This document shows positions 50,151-60,323 of a stretch of DNA of 64,000 nt, in pieces. The translations under genes and the position numbers were made by a program. The stretch's first letter is position 1; each line of letters opens with the position of its first letter. The notes beneath the pieces are model-generated. The model was not told the DNA's origin. It saw nothing but the letters and a program-made list of their open reading frames with translations, and searched no databases. Source of the DNA: an uncultured Nitrospiraceae bacterium (GTDB lineage: Bacteria > Nitrospirota > Thermodesulfovibrionia > Thermodesulfovibrionales > UBA6898); the NCBI GenBank assembly GCA_963811165.1, contig CAWEQH010000004.1, positions 224,001 to 288,000 on the forward strand, in the 5' to 3' direction.

Positions 50151-50885
50151 ATGAGAGTGAATTTGGCAAAGGACCGCGAAGAAGTAACCGTCCATACGAT
50201 GAATCCCGTTCATCGAAGGGGACCTGTCTTTTATGCCTCCCTCCAATGTGGCACGGAAATTCGCAAGGGTCATGGTACGAACGGAGAAGCAGCGAAACAC
50301 CGCCTCGTCTCTATCCTATGGAACCACCTTGTGGCGAGGGAAAGTCCTCTTTGGAAACGATCTCAATCTTCATGCAGAGATGCTTTCCTGATTCGTGTGG
50401 TCCACGACCAGCTTGGCAAGCCCCATCTCCTGTTGGGAGAGCATCGGGGGCCAGCTGTTTCCTTCAGCCAGGGTGGAGGAAGAGTCTGGGCCGCCCTCTG
50501 TGCAGATGCGTCTGAGATCGGCATGGATGTGGCGGTGGCCGATGAATTCCAAGGAGAATACCCCTTTCAACGGGTATTCCATACAGAAGAGCTTCAACAT
50601 GCCCTAAGGCTGGAGGGTGCAGATGTTGCAAAGGCGTCCGCCCTGCTCTGGTCCATCAAGGAAGCCGTTGTCAAGGCCCTCGGATGCGGTTTCCATCTTG
50701 TGGATCCGAGGGAAATCTGCGTCCATCCTTCAGGAGAAGTGGGCGGCGGGTATACCTTTTCCGTGTGTATGTCAGGGAAGGTCCTGGCGCGGTTTCCCAA
50801 AAGCGCCGGCCAGTCCTTATGGGTACGATCTATTCCCCAAGGGAATATGCGGCTTTCGATCGCCCTTTTAAATCAACAACCATGA
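50151..50885 (+). CDS. 4'-phosphopantetheinyl transferase (Sfp-like)
   Basis: LGKP, VSFS, IGMDV, WSIKEAVVKALG.G. Confidence 0.85.
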   Translation: MRVNLAKDREEVTVHTMNPVHRRGPVFYASLQCGTEIRKGHGTNGEAAKHRLVSILWNHLVARESPLWKRSQSSCRDAFLIRVVHDQLGKPHLLLGEHRGPAVSFSQGGGRVWAALCADASEIGMDVAVADEFQGEYPFQRVFHTEELQHALRLEGADVAKASALLWSIKEAVVKALGCGFHLVDPREICVHPSGEVGGGYTFSVCMSGKVLARFPKSAGQSLWVRSIPQGNMRLSIALLNQQP

Positions 50886-52123
50886 ATAACCTTACCTGCA
50901 AGTGCGTATCTCGGTTAGACGGAGTATCGTCGGCAGAACTTGGACGGCTTTTCCAGGAGCCTTCTATCACGGCCCCATTACTTTCTCTCTTGCAGGAATC
51001 GGGTATTGACGGTTTCAATCTGCGGAGCATAGTAGTCTTAAAAGATGATGTTCCTGTTCTTTTGTTGCCGTTGTTTGAAACACGTTTTGACCTGTCCAGC
51101 TTTGTGAATGGATGGCTCAAGAGATCGCTTAAAGTGGCGGGCCGCCTCATCCCCCCTGTTTTTCAACCCCGTATTTTAAGCGTGGGACTGCTGGTAGGGG
51201 AATGGAGTGAAATAGGGATTGATCCTCAAATTGATGAGGGCACCCTCGAAGCGGCATGCAAAACGGCCCTTGATGCCTTGCAAAAGCTCGGATCCGAACT
51301 TAAAAGCGACATCGTGGCTTTTTACAACTTTAATCATTACGGCAAACTTCCCGGAGAAGTATTCGAGAAATTCAACCGGGTGCAATGTCAGTCCTGCGCC
51401 CGACAGCCTATCGATTTTAACAGCATGGAAGAATACATGGGCCGCCTTTCAAGGGCCGCGAGAAAAGACCTGCGCCGCAAAATGCGCGCATCCGACGAAG
51501 TCAGGGTGATTCGAAGCCGCACTATTTCTCCTTTTCTGGACAGGGTCTACAAGCTTTATCTGGAAACAGTGGCGCGGAGCCCACTGGCGCTTGGCGTGCT
51601 CAACCGTTTATTTTTTGAAAAAATCTGTGAGAGAGTCCCGGGCGCCGAATACACGCTTTATTTTGTGCAGGACGAACTCGTTGCTTTCAACCTTCTTGTG
51701 GTAAATAAGGAAGCGATGGTGGATAAATATTTCTGTATGGATCAGGAGCTCGGCCGCAAGTACAACCTTTATGCTTTGTCCTGGCTTGAAAATGTCCGCA
51801 CCTGCGTGGAGCAAAAAATACCTTTCTATTACGCCGGTCAGGGCGCGGAAAAGACCAAAGCGCATCTGGGTGCGACGTTGATCCCGAGCTTTATTTTATT
51901 CAAACACCGCTGGCCGGTGTTTGACCGTTTTCTTGACGGGCAACCGGCGGTGATCCAGAAGGTCCTCAGCGACCTTGGATTCTGGCACAGGACCGACAGG
52001 AGCACCCCCTCTTCAGATATTCCGGTACCTTGTAACCTTCAAAAGCAACCCCCCTCGCTCCCCCCTTGTCAGGGGGGAAGCCTCCAAACCTCCCCCGATA
52101 AGGGGAGGTTTGGAGGGGTTTGA
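50882..52123 (+). CDS. FemAB-like / GNAT-fold protein
   Basis: F.S.EEY..LSR..RKDLRRK, LY.ET, FF.KI, LVAF, GQG..KTK..LGA. ATGA overlap with the PPTase. Confidence 0.72.
   Translation: MNNLTCKCVSRLDGVSSAELGRLFQEPSITAPLLSLLQESGIDGFNLRSIVVLKDDVPVLLLPLFETRFDLSSFVNGWLKRSLKVAGRLIPPVFQPRILSVGLLVGEWSEIGIDPQIDEGTLEAACKTALDALQKLGSELKSDIVAFYNFNHYGKLPGEVFEKFNRVQCQSCARQPIDFNSMEEYMGRLSRAARKDLRRKMRASDEVRVIRSRTISPFLDRVYKLYLETVARSPLALGVLNRLFFEKICERVPGAEYTLYFVQDELVAFNLLVVNKEAMVDKYFCMDQELGRKYNLYALSWLENVRTCVEQKIPFYYAGQGAEKTKAHLGATLIPSFILFKHRWPVFDRFLDGQPAVIQKVLSDLGFWHRTDRSTPSSDIPVPCNLQKQPPSLPPCQGGSLQTSPDKGRFGGV
52047..52120. repeat. Composite palindromic (REP/MITE-like) element inside the 3' end of the GNAT ORF
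   Basis: CCCCCC-TTGTCA-GGGGGG and CCTCCAAACCTCCCC-CGATAA-GGGGAGGTTTGGAGG hairpins, flanked by AACCCC/GGGGTT. Confidence 0.75.
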
Positions 52124-52129
52124 TGAGAT

Positions 52130-53077
52130 ATGACCAAAGAAACAGAATACGCAATCGAAGTCGAGAAACTGACGAAGAGTTACGGGGATTTACTGGCGGT
52201 CAACGACATATCGTTCGCCGTCAGAAAGGGCGAGGTGTTTGCCTTCCTGGGCCCAAACGGCGCCGGCAAAACTACAACGGTCGAGATCATCGAGACGATC
52301 CGTCCTCCCACTTCCGGGAAGGTGACCCTTCTTGGCATGGACGTTACGAAGAAGAAGCATGACATCGTCCACCGCATCGGCGTCCTCCCGCAGGGGTTCA
52401 GTTCGTTCGACAGGATAACGGTCAGGGAGACCCTGCAGTACTACGCGCGGCTATTCAGCGTGAAAACGGATATCGACGGATTGATTGAGCTCGTAAACCT
52501 CAGGGACAAGACCAAAGAGCAGTACAAAAACCTCTCCGGTGGCTTGAAACAGCGCCTCGGAATTGCGATTGCCCTCGTAAACGACCCGGAGGTCGTGTTC
52601 CTCGACGAGCCGACGACTGGGCTCGACCCCCGCGCCAGACACGAGGTATGGGAGGTCCTGCTTGGCCTTAAAAAGAAAGGGAAGACTGTATTTCTCACCA
52701 CACACTATATGGAGGAAGCGGAGCTTCTTGCAGACACGGTCGCCATAATCTCGAAGGGGAAGGTAATCGCCACGGGCTCGCCACGTGAACTCATCGAAAG
52801 CAATGCGAATTACCTGGCCCTCACGCTAAAGCCGGTCGATGGAAAAGTCTTTGAAATAATCCGGACGATGGGCTTCGAGCCGGTCCTTGACAACCACAAC
52901 GACATCAAGATCAGGGTAGAGCACACAGACGATGTGCAGAAGATACTGAATGCCATCAGGGATGCAGGGGCCTTGTACCTCGGTCTGGACGTTCGGAAAC
53001 CCAACTTTGAAGAGGTATTCCTGAAGCTCACCGGCGAGGCGCTGCGGGAAGATTCGCCCGAAATGGTGGCGAAATGA
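52130..53077 (+). CDS. ABC-2 exporter ATP-binding protein
   Basis: GPNGAGKTT, LSGG, FLDEPTTGLDP, TTHYMEEAE. Confidence 0.95.
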   Translation: MTKETEYAIEVEKLTKSYGDLLAVNDISFAVRKGEVFAFLGPNGAGKTTTVEIIETIRPPTSGKVTLLGMDVTKKKHDIVHRIGVLPQGFSSFDRITVRETLQYYARLFSVKTDIDGLIELVNLRDKTKEQYKNLSGGLKQRLGIAIALVNDPEVVFLDEPTTGLDPRARHEVWEVLLGLKKKGKTVFLTTHYMEEAELLADTVAIISKGKVIATGSPRELIESNANYLALTLKPVDGKVFEIIRTMGFEPVLDNHNDIKIRVEHTDDVQKILNAIRDAGALYLGLDVRKPNFEEVFLKLTGEALREDSPEMVAK

Positions 53078-54189
53078 AACCGCGGATCATCAGTGCAAAT
53101 CTTGTTGTGAAGCTCATGGGATTCTACCGCGAGAAGACCACCATGTTTTTCACGTTTGCGTTCCCGATAGTTCTGATACTCGTCTTCGGCACGATATTTA
53201 TGAGCCAGGACAGCATGGAATACCGCCTTAGCGTGCAGGACCTCGACCAGACAAAGGCGTCCGCAGAATCCGTCAAGACCCTGGGGCAGAAAGGGAAATT
53301 CAAGATAACAAGCGTCGACCCTGCCGTCGACGCCACGCGGTACGTCAGGGACAGCAAGGTGAACCTTGTCCTCGTTATTCCGAAAGGCTATGAAAAGTCT
53401 CTCGTGCAAAGAATGATGTTCAAGGAATATAACTCATCCGTAACCATTACCTATATATACGACCCCAGCTCCTCTTCGGTCATGACGAAGATTCAGATCC
53501 TTAATGCAGTGTTGGCCGGGATAAACCAGGGGATATCCGGGGTTCCGCCTTTCATCAGATCGGCCGAAAGATCGATACTCGCCAGGAAATACCGGTTCAT
53601 CGAGTTCTTCGTCCCCGGTATCATCGCGATGTCGGTGATGACGCTGAGCCTTTTCGGCACCGTGGACTCTGACACGGAACTGAGGCAGAAGGGTGTCATC
53701 AGAAAGTTGTCCACCACGCCTATCACCCGCACCGACTGGATACTTTCAAACATCCTTTACCATTTCATCCTTGCGGTCATATCCACTATTTTGATGCTGC
53801 TGGTGAGCTACGCCGTGTTTGACGTCAGCCTGCATATCGACGCCTGGCTCCTTGCGTTCGTTTTGCTTGACGTCTTCGCGTTTGTCGGGACCGGCATGAT
53901 ACTCACCCGTTTCGTTAAGGAGGCGCAGAGCGCGGCAGCCGCCGCAAACGCCATCAGTTACCCGATGATGTTCCTCTCTGGGAGCTTTTTCCCTATCGAG
54001 CTGATGCCGGGGTTCCTGCAGAAGATAGCCAGGACACTGCCTCTTTATTACGTAAACGAGGGGCTCCGGGCATCCATGGTATTTCGGGACAACATGGCCG
54101 CGCTGAGGTCCTCCGCAGTCATAGGGGTTTATGCGGCCGCGGTCTTTATCCTGGGGATCATGGCCACCAGATGGGAAGAGGGCCGGTGA
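53074..54189 (+). CDS. ABC-2 exporter permease
   Basis: FFTFAFP, FFVPGIIAM, FLSGSFFP..LMP. ATGA-coupled. Confidence 0.92.
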   Translation: MKPRIISANLVVKLMGFYREKTTMFFTFAFPIVLILVFGTIFMSQDSMEYRLSVQDLDQTKASAESVKTLGQKGKFKITSVDPAVDATRYVRDSKVNLVLVIPKGYEKSLVQRMMFKEYNSSVTITYIYDPSSSSVMTKIQILNAVLAGINQGISGVPPFIRSAERSILARKYRFIEFFVPGIIAMSVMTLSLFGTVDSDTELRQKGVIRKLSTTPITRTDWILSNILYHFILAVISTILMLLVSYAVFDVSLHIDAWLLAFVLLDVFAFVGTGMILTRFVKEAQSAAAAANAISYPMMFLSGSFFPIELMPGFLQKIARTLPLYYVNEGLRASMVFRDNMAALRSSAVIGVYAAAVFILGIMATRWEEGR

Positions 54190-55955
54190 CGGCAAAGGAC
54201 TCCCTTCGCGCCGTCACTCAGACACACTATCCCCGCGCCATCAGCGCCTTGCTTTTAGCGACGCTCGCGGTACTCATCGATCTCATAGTGAGGTCCGGCG
54301 CTTACCGGGACCTGCTCCTTCTCCTGCCTGTCGGCGGCATCATGAAATTATCGGCCGGCCTCGCGCTGGCCTTCCTGCAGATGGTCGCGCTCTTCTATCT
54401 CGTTGTCCTTCTCCCCGCAATTTTCCGCCTGGCGACCGTCCTTTTTTCTTCCTTCGTCATAGTCGTACAGTGCTCATACTGGCTGACTCTGAAGCAGTTC
54501 ATGACCGGCACCGACCTGCTTTTAGCCCTGACCGTAAGCGGTGAAAACCGGGCAGACGCCATCTCAAGCTTCTTTCAGCCGCTCGTATTCCTGTATGCTC
54601 TCCCCTACGCACTGGTTCTGTCGGCACTGTTGTTCGTCCGCCCTGTATCCACCTTCCGCAAAAACTTCGTCCTCGGCCTTCTGCCGGTGCTCTTTCTTCT
54701 TACTTCCAATTACGCTCTCTTCCTCCACGTGCCTGAACGCAGCTTCCATCTGAACCCCCTGACATCCTTTGTCCGTTTAACGCTTCATTACGGGTTTGAA
54801 AATCTGCGCGCCTATCATGGACCACGCGATGAACTGCCTCCGTTCCACGTCTCCCAACGGCCGCCCGACAGCATAATCTATGTCATCGATGAGTCGGTCC
54901 GGGGCAGCAATCTCAGCCTGAATGGCTATCCGCGGGCCACCACACCGTTTCTTCAATACCTCGAATCACGGGGACGCCTGAAAAATCTCGGCATCTGTAT
55001 CGCGGCCGGTTCCTTTACCCACATCAGCAATGCCTATCTCATCAGCGGTCACAACTCTCTCCCCGACAACGACTTTCGCACCGACAGGAACCCGACCATC
55101 TTTGACTACGCAAAGAAAATGGGCTACGAGACGATCTACATTGATATCAATCAAGCCTACCTCCCACAACTCATGAAAGCGGCCGGGGATGCTCCTGTTC
55201 GGTCCCTGGACCGGTGGATGAACGAGCAGTCGTTTACGGAGCGCCACATCGACCTTGAGACCACGAAGGACCCGGGCATAGCCCGTTTTCTCAGCGGTCT
55301 TCTGAATGCGCGGGGCGGCTATTTTATCGTCGTCAACAAAAAAGGTCTCCATTTCAAATATCACTACAGATACCCGGACGAACCGGCCTTTACGGTCTGG
55401 AGGCCGGTCATGAAGGCTTCGGACCCCATTGACATCAGCGCGGCCGGACGCGAGAAGCTCGTCAATACCTATGACAATGGGATCCGCTTTCAGGTTGATG
55501 AATTCTTTCGGGTGCTTATTTCCGAAACGACGAACCAGAACTATGTTATTCTGTACACCTCGGACCATGGACAGACCTTGTCTGAGCATGGGCAATTGTA
55601 TACACACATGAAGCCTGAGAAGGTTATCGTCGATGTTCCCGAGTTCCTCGTGTCAGGCGAGCGGTATGCAAGGAAAGGGCTCTTGGCCGGCATTGCCCTA
55701 GGCATCAGGATTTCCCATCTCAACAATTTCGCGACCCTTCTCGACCTGATGGGAGTACCGATGTCTTTGAGGGTCCGTCCTTACGACAAATCGATTTTCT
55801 CTTTGACAGCCGGGGACAACAAAGTGCGCTACTTTATGAGCGGCTCTCTTCATGGGACCGGTGATTACGTGGTGAAGATGATACCTACGCCACCTGATGT
55901 GCACCTGGCTGTTTCGAGACCTTTCGGCAATGGGGCCAGGGCTGACGGACAGTGA
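54186..55955 (+). CDS. EptA/LtaS-like membrane-anchored phosphoform transferase (sulfatase fold)
   Basis: About 5 N-terminal TMs, IDESVR, GYPRATTP, catalytic-type Thr in GSFTHIS, NTYDN, YTSDHGQ. Confidence 0.82.
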   Translation: MTAKDSLRAVTQTHYPRAISALLLATLAVLIDLIVRSGAYRDLLLLLPVGGIMKLSAGLALAFLQMVALFYLVVLLPAIFRLATVLFSSFVIVVQCSYWLTLKQFMTGTDLLLALTVSGENRADAISSFFQPLVFLYALPYALVLSALLFVRPVSTFRKNFVLGLLPVLFLLTSNYALFLHVPERSFHLNPLTSFVRLTLHYGFENLRAYHGPRDELPPFHVSQRPPDSIIYVIDESVRGSNLSLNGYPRATTPFLQYLESRGRLKNLGICIAAGSFTHISNAYLISGHNSLPDNDFRTDRNPTIFDYAKKMGYETIYIDINQAYLPQLMKAAGDAPVRSLDRWMNEQSFTERHIDLETTKDPGIARFLSGLLNARGGYFIVVNKKGLHFKYHYRYPDEPAFTVWRPVMKASDPIDISAAGREKLVNTYDNGIRFQVDEFFRVLISETTNQNYVILYTSDHGQTLSEHGQLYTHMKPEKVIVDVPEFLVSGERYARKGLLAGIALGIRISHLNNFATLLDLMGVPMSLRVRPYDKSIFSLTAGDNKVRYFMSGSLHGTGDYVVKMIPTPPDVHLAVSRPFGNGARADGQ

Positions 55956-55973
55956 TTTTTGGGAAATGAAAAC

Positions 55974-57326
55974 ATGAACATAAAACTTATCGCACCGCGC
56001 GAGCAGCGTGAAGACACTTTATCCAGCTCTCTTAAACTACAGAGGGTAAATCTTCCGCTTCTTGCAGCGCTTGCGCCGCCCGGGCACAGGGTCACAATCG
56101 TCGATGAGGCCTTTGGACCCGATGACACTAACCAAGATGTGGACTTGGTGGGTATCACCGTCATGACTGATGTTGTGCCAAGGGCCTATGATATCGCTGC
56201 TGCCTATCGCCGGAAGGCCGTGAAGGTGGTGATGGGAGGGATACACCCCACGGTATTGCCTGACGAAGCTTTAGAGCATGCGGACTCTGTAGTCGTGGGA
56301 GAAGCGGAGGGTATCTGGCCACAACTTATATCTGATGCGGCCTCTGGGCAGATGCAAAGAATATATCGGGCCGATAAAATGACCGACCTCCAGGGCCTGC
56401 CCAAACCCCGGCGGGATCTCTTCCCCGGAAGCAAAGGTAAAGGCTATATCCCGATCCCGATCGGCGTCGAGACATCCCGGGGATGTCCGAACGATTGTGA
56501 ATTCTGTTCTATCGGACGGACATTGGGGCGTCAATATCGGGTCAGGCCGGCTCTGGAGGTGATTGCCGAGATAGAGGCCATTGATTCCCGTCACATTTTC
56601 TTTGTCGATGACGCCCTTGCGCTGAACCGGAATGAAGCAAAAAAGCTCTTTACTGAAATGATACCTCTTCGGCGGCTATGGCTGGGGCAGGGGACGGTGT
56701 CGTTGGCTGAGGATGTGGAACTGCTCAGGTTGATGAGACGTGCGGGGTGCATGGGGCTTTTGATCGGATTCGAATCTGTACAGAAAGCAACCCAGAATGA
56801 GGTGAAGAAAATAAAGAACCTGAGGATCGATTTTTATGAGGCGATGCGTCGGTTCCATGACGAAGGTTTCGGTATTCTTGGCGCGTTTGTTTTTGGCTTT
56901 GATTACGAAAACAAGGACGTGTTCGACCAGACCCTTGAGTTTGTAATGAGGAGCCGCATGGATTGTGCCGAGCTAAGGATTCTCACTCCGTATCCGGGGA
57001 CCCGGCTATATGATCGCCTCTTAAGCGAAGGCAGGTTGTTCGAGCGTGACTGGTGGCTCCGTGGATATCCTCCTGATACACTTCTTTATCAACCCAGGGG
57101 CATGACTACTGAGGAGCTCATTAAGGGTTTCGCCCGCTTGAACAGACAAGCATATTCCTTCGGAGCAATAACAAAGCGATTCTTTGGCATGAGCCCGTGG
57201 AAACGGACCCTGTTCGGTTGTCAGGTGTACGCCGGGATCAATCTTTCTACCCGTAAGCGTTATTTCAATGGTCTGAAGAGTCCACAACCATTTGCAGGGG
57301 CTTCCGACTCAACAGTAGAGCGGTAG
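55974..57326 (+). CDS. B12-binding radical SAM protein
   Basis: GGIHPT, GEAE, SRGCPNDCEFC, IGFES, LTPYPGT. Confidence 0.92.
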   Translation: MNIKLIAPREQREDTLSSSLKLQRVNLPLLAALAPPGHRVTIVDEAFGPDDTNQDVDLVGITVMTDVVPRAYDIAAAYRRKAVKVVMGGIHPTVLPDEALEHADSVVVGEAEGIWPQLISDAASGQMQRIYRADKMTDLQGLPKPRRDLFPGSKGKGYIPIPIGVETSRGCPNDCEFCSIGRTLGRQYRVRPALEVIAEIEAIDSRHIFFVDDALALNRNEAKKLFTEMIPLRRLWLGQGTVSLAEDVELLRLMRRAGCMGLLIGFESVQKATQNEVKKIKNLRIDFYEAMRRFHDEGFGILGAFVFGFDYENKDVFDQTLEFVMRSRMDCAELRILTPYPGTRLYDRLLSEGRLFERDWWLRGYPPDTLLYQPRGMTTEELIKGFARLNRQAYSFGAITKRFFGMSPWKRTLFGCQVYAGINLSTRKRYFNGLKSPQPFAGASDSTVER

Positions 57327-57414
57327 AGATTACCTATGAAAAGACGGGCAAATATATGATCGTGTGGTATGACGTTGCATTGAAGGGTTTTCTGAAATAG
57401 AATTTTATAGAAAT

Positions 57415-58797
57415 ATGGTTATCAGAAGAATTTCATTTATCGAAGCGGGCTCACCCGGCCTGCATATTTTCAGCAAATTTCCCATACCGCGGCTTGGCGC
57501 CGTGTTGCTTTCTACTATCCTCAAGGCAAGTGGATACGAAGTAAAGGCATTTATTGAGGACGTTGCCGAACCCGATTGGTCATTCATTGAGAACTCCGAC
57601 ATCGTCTGCATCTCGACCATAACGTCGACAGCGACAAAGGCGTACAAAGTAGGGAAACGGCTAAAAGCACTGGGGATGCCGGTGATTATGGGTGGGGCAC
57701 ATCCTACGTTTATGCCCGATGAGTCCCTGGAATATGCCGACTTTGTCATACGGGGGGAAGGAGAGCATTCCCTTGTGGAACTGCTTGAGCACCTGGTGAC
57801 CGGTACCCCGGCATTAGCGGGTATCAAAGGGCTTTCGTACAGGGACAGGGACGGGAGGAATGTTCACAACCCCTCCAGAGAATTTATCGAAGACCTCGAC
57901 AGCCTCCCCGAGCCTGACTTCTCCCTTGTCCATAACTGGACCCCGTCAAATACCTATCCTGTTTCGACGTCGAGGGGCTGTCCCTATGACTGCAAGTTCT
58001 GCTCAGTCATCCAGATGTTCGGAAGAAGCTACCGTTTTAAATCCGTTGAGGCAACGCTGAGGGAATTGAAATATGTAGCATCAGCGTCCAAGGCGACCAA
58101 GTTCATTGTTGACGATAACTTTGCGGCTAATAAAAGAAGGACCAAGGAAATCCTCAGGGGGATGATTGCAGAGGGAATTAAGACGCGATGGTCTGCCCAG
58201 GTAAGGACAGATGTTGCCAGAGACCCGGAACTTCTCCGCCTGATGGCTGACTCGGGCTGCCATACTTTGTACATCGGCTTTGAATCCATCAATCCCGCGA
58301 CGCTTGAAGACTATAATAAAAGGCAGGGACTGCAGGATATTATTTCCTGCATAAGGACAGTAAGGGAACACGGTATCCATATCCACGGAATGTTCGTCCT
58401 GGGGGCGGACACTGACGATGTGGAGACCTTCCGCGGGACTGCTGATTTTGCAAGAGACCATGGGATTGACACGGTACAGTTCCTGATTCTTACACCGCTG
58501 CCGGGAACACCGTTCTTTCACGACATGATGGAAAGCGGAAGACTTCTCCATAGGGACTGGAGTAAATATGATGTCCAGCATGTAGTTTTCAGCCCCCGGC
58601 TCATGTCACCGGCCACGCTGCAGATAGAGACCTTCAGGGCAATGGGTCGTTTTTATTCATGGAGATATATTTTCAGGCATCTGGCCAGATTGGACTTCCA
58701 CTACGCAGCGATCGGACTCTTTGGCAAGACAGCCGTTCATAAATCCCTGAAGGCGTCTTCCGTCTATCTTGCTGACCTCGGCCTCAGCGCCGGTTAA
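57415..58797 (+). CDS. B12-binding radical SAM protein
   Basis: GGAHPT, GEGE, SRGCPYDCKFC, VDDNF, IGFES, LTPLPGT. Confidence 0.92.
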   Translation: MVIRRISFIEAGSPGLHIFSKFPIPRLGAVLLSTILKASGYEVKAFIEDVAEPDWSFIENSDIVCISTITSTATKAYKVGKRLKALGMPVIMGGAHPTFMPDESLEYADFVIRGEGEHSLVELLEHLVTGTPALAGIKGLSYRDRDGRNVHNPSREFIEDLDSLPEPDFSLVHNWTPSNTYPVSTSRGCPYDCKFCSVIQMFGRSYRFKSVEATLRELKYVASASKATKFIVDDNFAANKRRTKEILRGMIAEGIKTRWSAQVRTDVARDPELLRLMADSGCHTLYIGFESINPATLEDYNKRQGLQDIISCIRTVREHGIHIHGMFVLGADTDDVETFRGTADFARDHGIDTVQFLILTPLPGTPFFHDMMESGRLLHRDWSKYDVQHVVFSPRLMSPATLQIETFRAMGRFYSWRYIFRHLARLDFHYAAIGLFGKTAVHKSLKASSVYLADLGLSAG

Positions 58798-58845
58798 AAG
58801 AAAGCCGTCCGGAGCATTTTTTTTCGCATAGGCACGACCTCTTCT

Positions 58846-59754
58846 TCACGTCTCAAACCCTGATAGTTTCTCCTCAGCCGATTCGTCGGTCTTGCGCTCA
58901 AGTTCTGCAATAACCTGCGCACCTAATAAAAGGATTAATGCTACAGCTTCCACACTGAGAAGGGCGACCACTACCGTGGCGATAGAACCATAAATTAAAT
59001 TTACCAAAGATACGACCGCGTAATACCATACCAGTATACGGCGGGCGATCTCCCATAAAATCGTTGCGGTCATCCCTCCGACCAGCGCGTGACGAAAGGC
59101 AATACGTACGCCGGGCATCACCAAATATATGGAAGTGAGCATAACCACCTCACCAAGTATCCCCAGCATATGCAGGGCGACCCTGGAAGTATCTTCAAGA
59201 CTTAAACTCCATCCAAACAATAGCAATTGCCTTTTTTCAAGTATCTCCAAAGCTCCTGAAATAAACGACACCAGCACTATACCCAGCCCCATTAACAAGA
59301 TATACACATACGGAATAATTGCGGAGATGAGAAAGTTGCGGCGCTGAATCCTGACACGTTGAAAAAAGATCACTGACATCGCGTTTTCAAGCATTGAAAA
59401 AGCTATGGAGCTGAAAAACAACATAACAACGAAGCCGATAATGCCAATCACCTTGCGATGCCCAAGAAATACCCGCACCTGTTCAGTCAAAGTTGCTGCA
59501 TAGCCGGGTATCAGCATTCCTATATATGTTGACAGGGTGTCAAACAACTGTCCCTCTCCTATAAAATGCGACAACACAATTAGGGCGAGGATTGACATGG
59601 GAACAATTGACAACAGGGTATAATAAGCTATAGCGCCGGATAACAGCAGCCCCTGATTGCGTTTAAAGGCGCGCAATACCCTTAGCAGGAAGCTCAAGAG
59701 CCGATCCAGTCTCCAATTTGCATTTTGTTGTTTCATCAAGGAATAAGAAATCAC
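58846..59754 (-). CDS. YihY/BrkB-family membrane protein
   Basis: AIAYYTLLSIVP, IYGS, LLGAQ. Confidence 0.9.
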   Translation of the reverse strand: MISYSLMKQQNANWRLDRLLSFLLRVLRAFKRNQGLLLSGAIAYYTLLSIVPMSILALIVLSHFIGEGQLFDTLSTYIGMLIPGYAATLTEQVRVFLGHRKVIGIIGFVVMLFFSSIAFSMLENAMSVIFFQRVRIQRRNFLISAIIPYVYILLMGLGIVLVSFISGALEILEKRQLLLFGWSLSLEDTSRVALHMLGILGEVVMLTSIYLVMPGVRIAFRHALVGGMTATILWEIARRILVWYYAVVSLVNLIYGSIATVVVALLSVEAVALILLLGAQVIAELERKTDESAEEKLSGFET

Positions 59755-59915
59755 ACAAAAAGTATTGTCTTTATAAAATCATCTCATAAAATATGCCGAC
59801 TTCAACATAAAAACGTTGCCGCCGAGGACAAGGCACAACAGGAACACCTTCACACCTAAGCCGGGTGAATATTCGATGGCACAACGAAGCGCTGAAAGAC
59901 GCACTTATTTTCTCC

Positions 59916-59944
59916 TTGCTAATTATGCGTAGGCATGCTATTCT
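59916..59944 (+). promoter_or_regulatory. sigma70-type promoter of the csp gene
   Basis: TTGCTA-N17-TATTCT with extended -10 TGc. Confidence 0.55.
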
Positions 59945-59978
59945 AGAAATAGAATTTTAGAAGTTTTTGCCGTTTATG

Positions 59979-60014
59979 AGGCCACAAAGACTCTTGATCT
60001 TTGCGGCCTTTTTT
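59979..60014 (+). terminator. Terminator-like hairpin in the csp 5' leader
   Basis: AGGCCACAAAGA...TCTTTGCGGCCT followed by a T-tract. Confidence 0.55.
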
Positions 60015-60067
60015 ATTTGCCGAGACCTTCTAGATTTGAGTCTATAGATAAGGAGGTAATAAGGAAA

Positions 60068-60268
60068 ATGGAACAAGGAACAGTGAAGTGGTTTAATGAC
60101 AGCAAGGGTTTTGGATTCATCGCGAATAGCGATGGAAGCGAAGCTTTTGTGCATCATACTTCCATCCAGGGTAATGGCTTTAAGAGTCTTGCTGAGGGTG
60201 ACAAGGTCAGCTTTGATACCGAAAAAGGCCCGAAAGGCCCCAAGGCAATCAACGTCGTCAAACTGTAA
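60068..60268 (+). CDS. Cold-shock protein (CspA family)
   Basis: [15 protein letters not shown] (RNP1), AFVHHT (RNP2), GFKSL.EG, KGP.A.NV. Confidence 0.96.
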   Translation: MEQGTVKWFNDSKGFGFIANSDGSEAFVHHTSIQGNGFKSLAEGDKVSFDTEKGPKGPKAINVVKL

Positions 60269-60323
60269 TCAGCGGGAAGAAGGCCTCTTCACGATGAAGG
60301 GGCCCTTCTCATTAGAGGAGAAG

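Noticed and set aside
59875..59895. TGGCACAACG as a fifth sigma54 promoter
   Set aside because: GG-to-GC spacing is not N10, and no palindrome lies ~100 bp away.
57394..59959. Shared 14-mer GAAATAGAATTTTA upstream of the second rSAM and in the csp leader
   Set aside because: AT-rich, only two copies, in different positional contexts. Plausibly chance.
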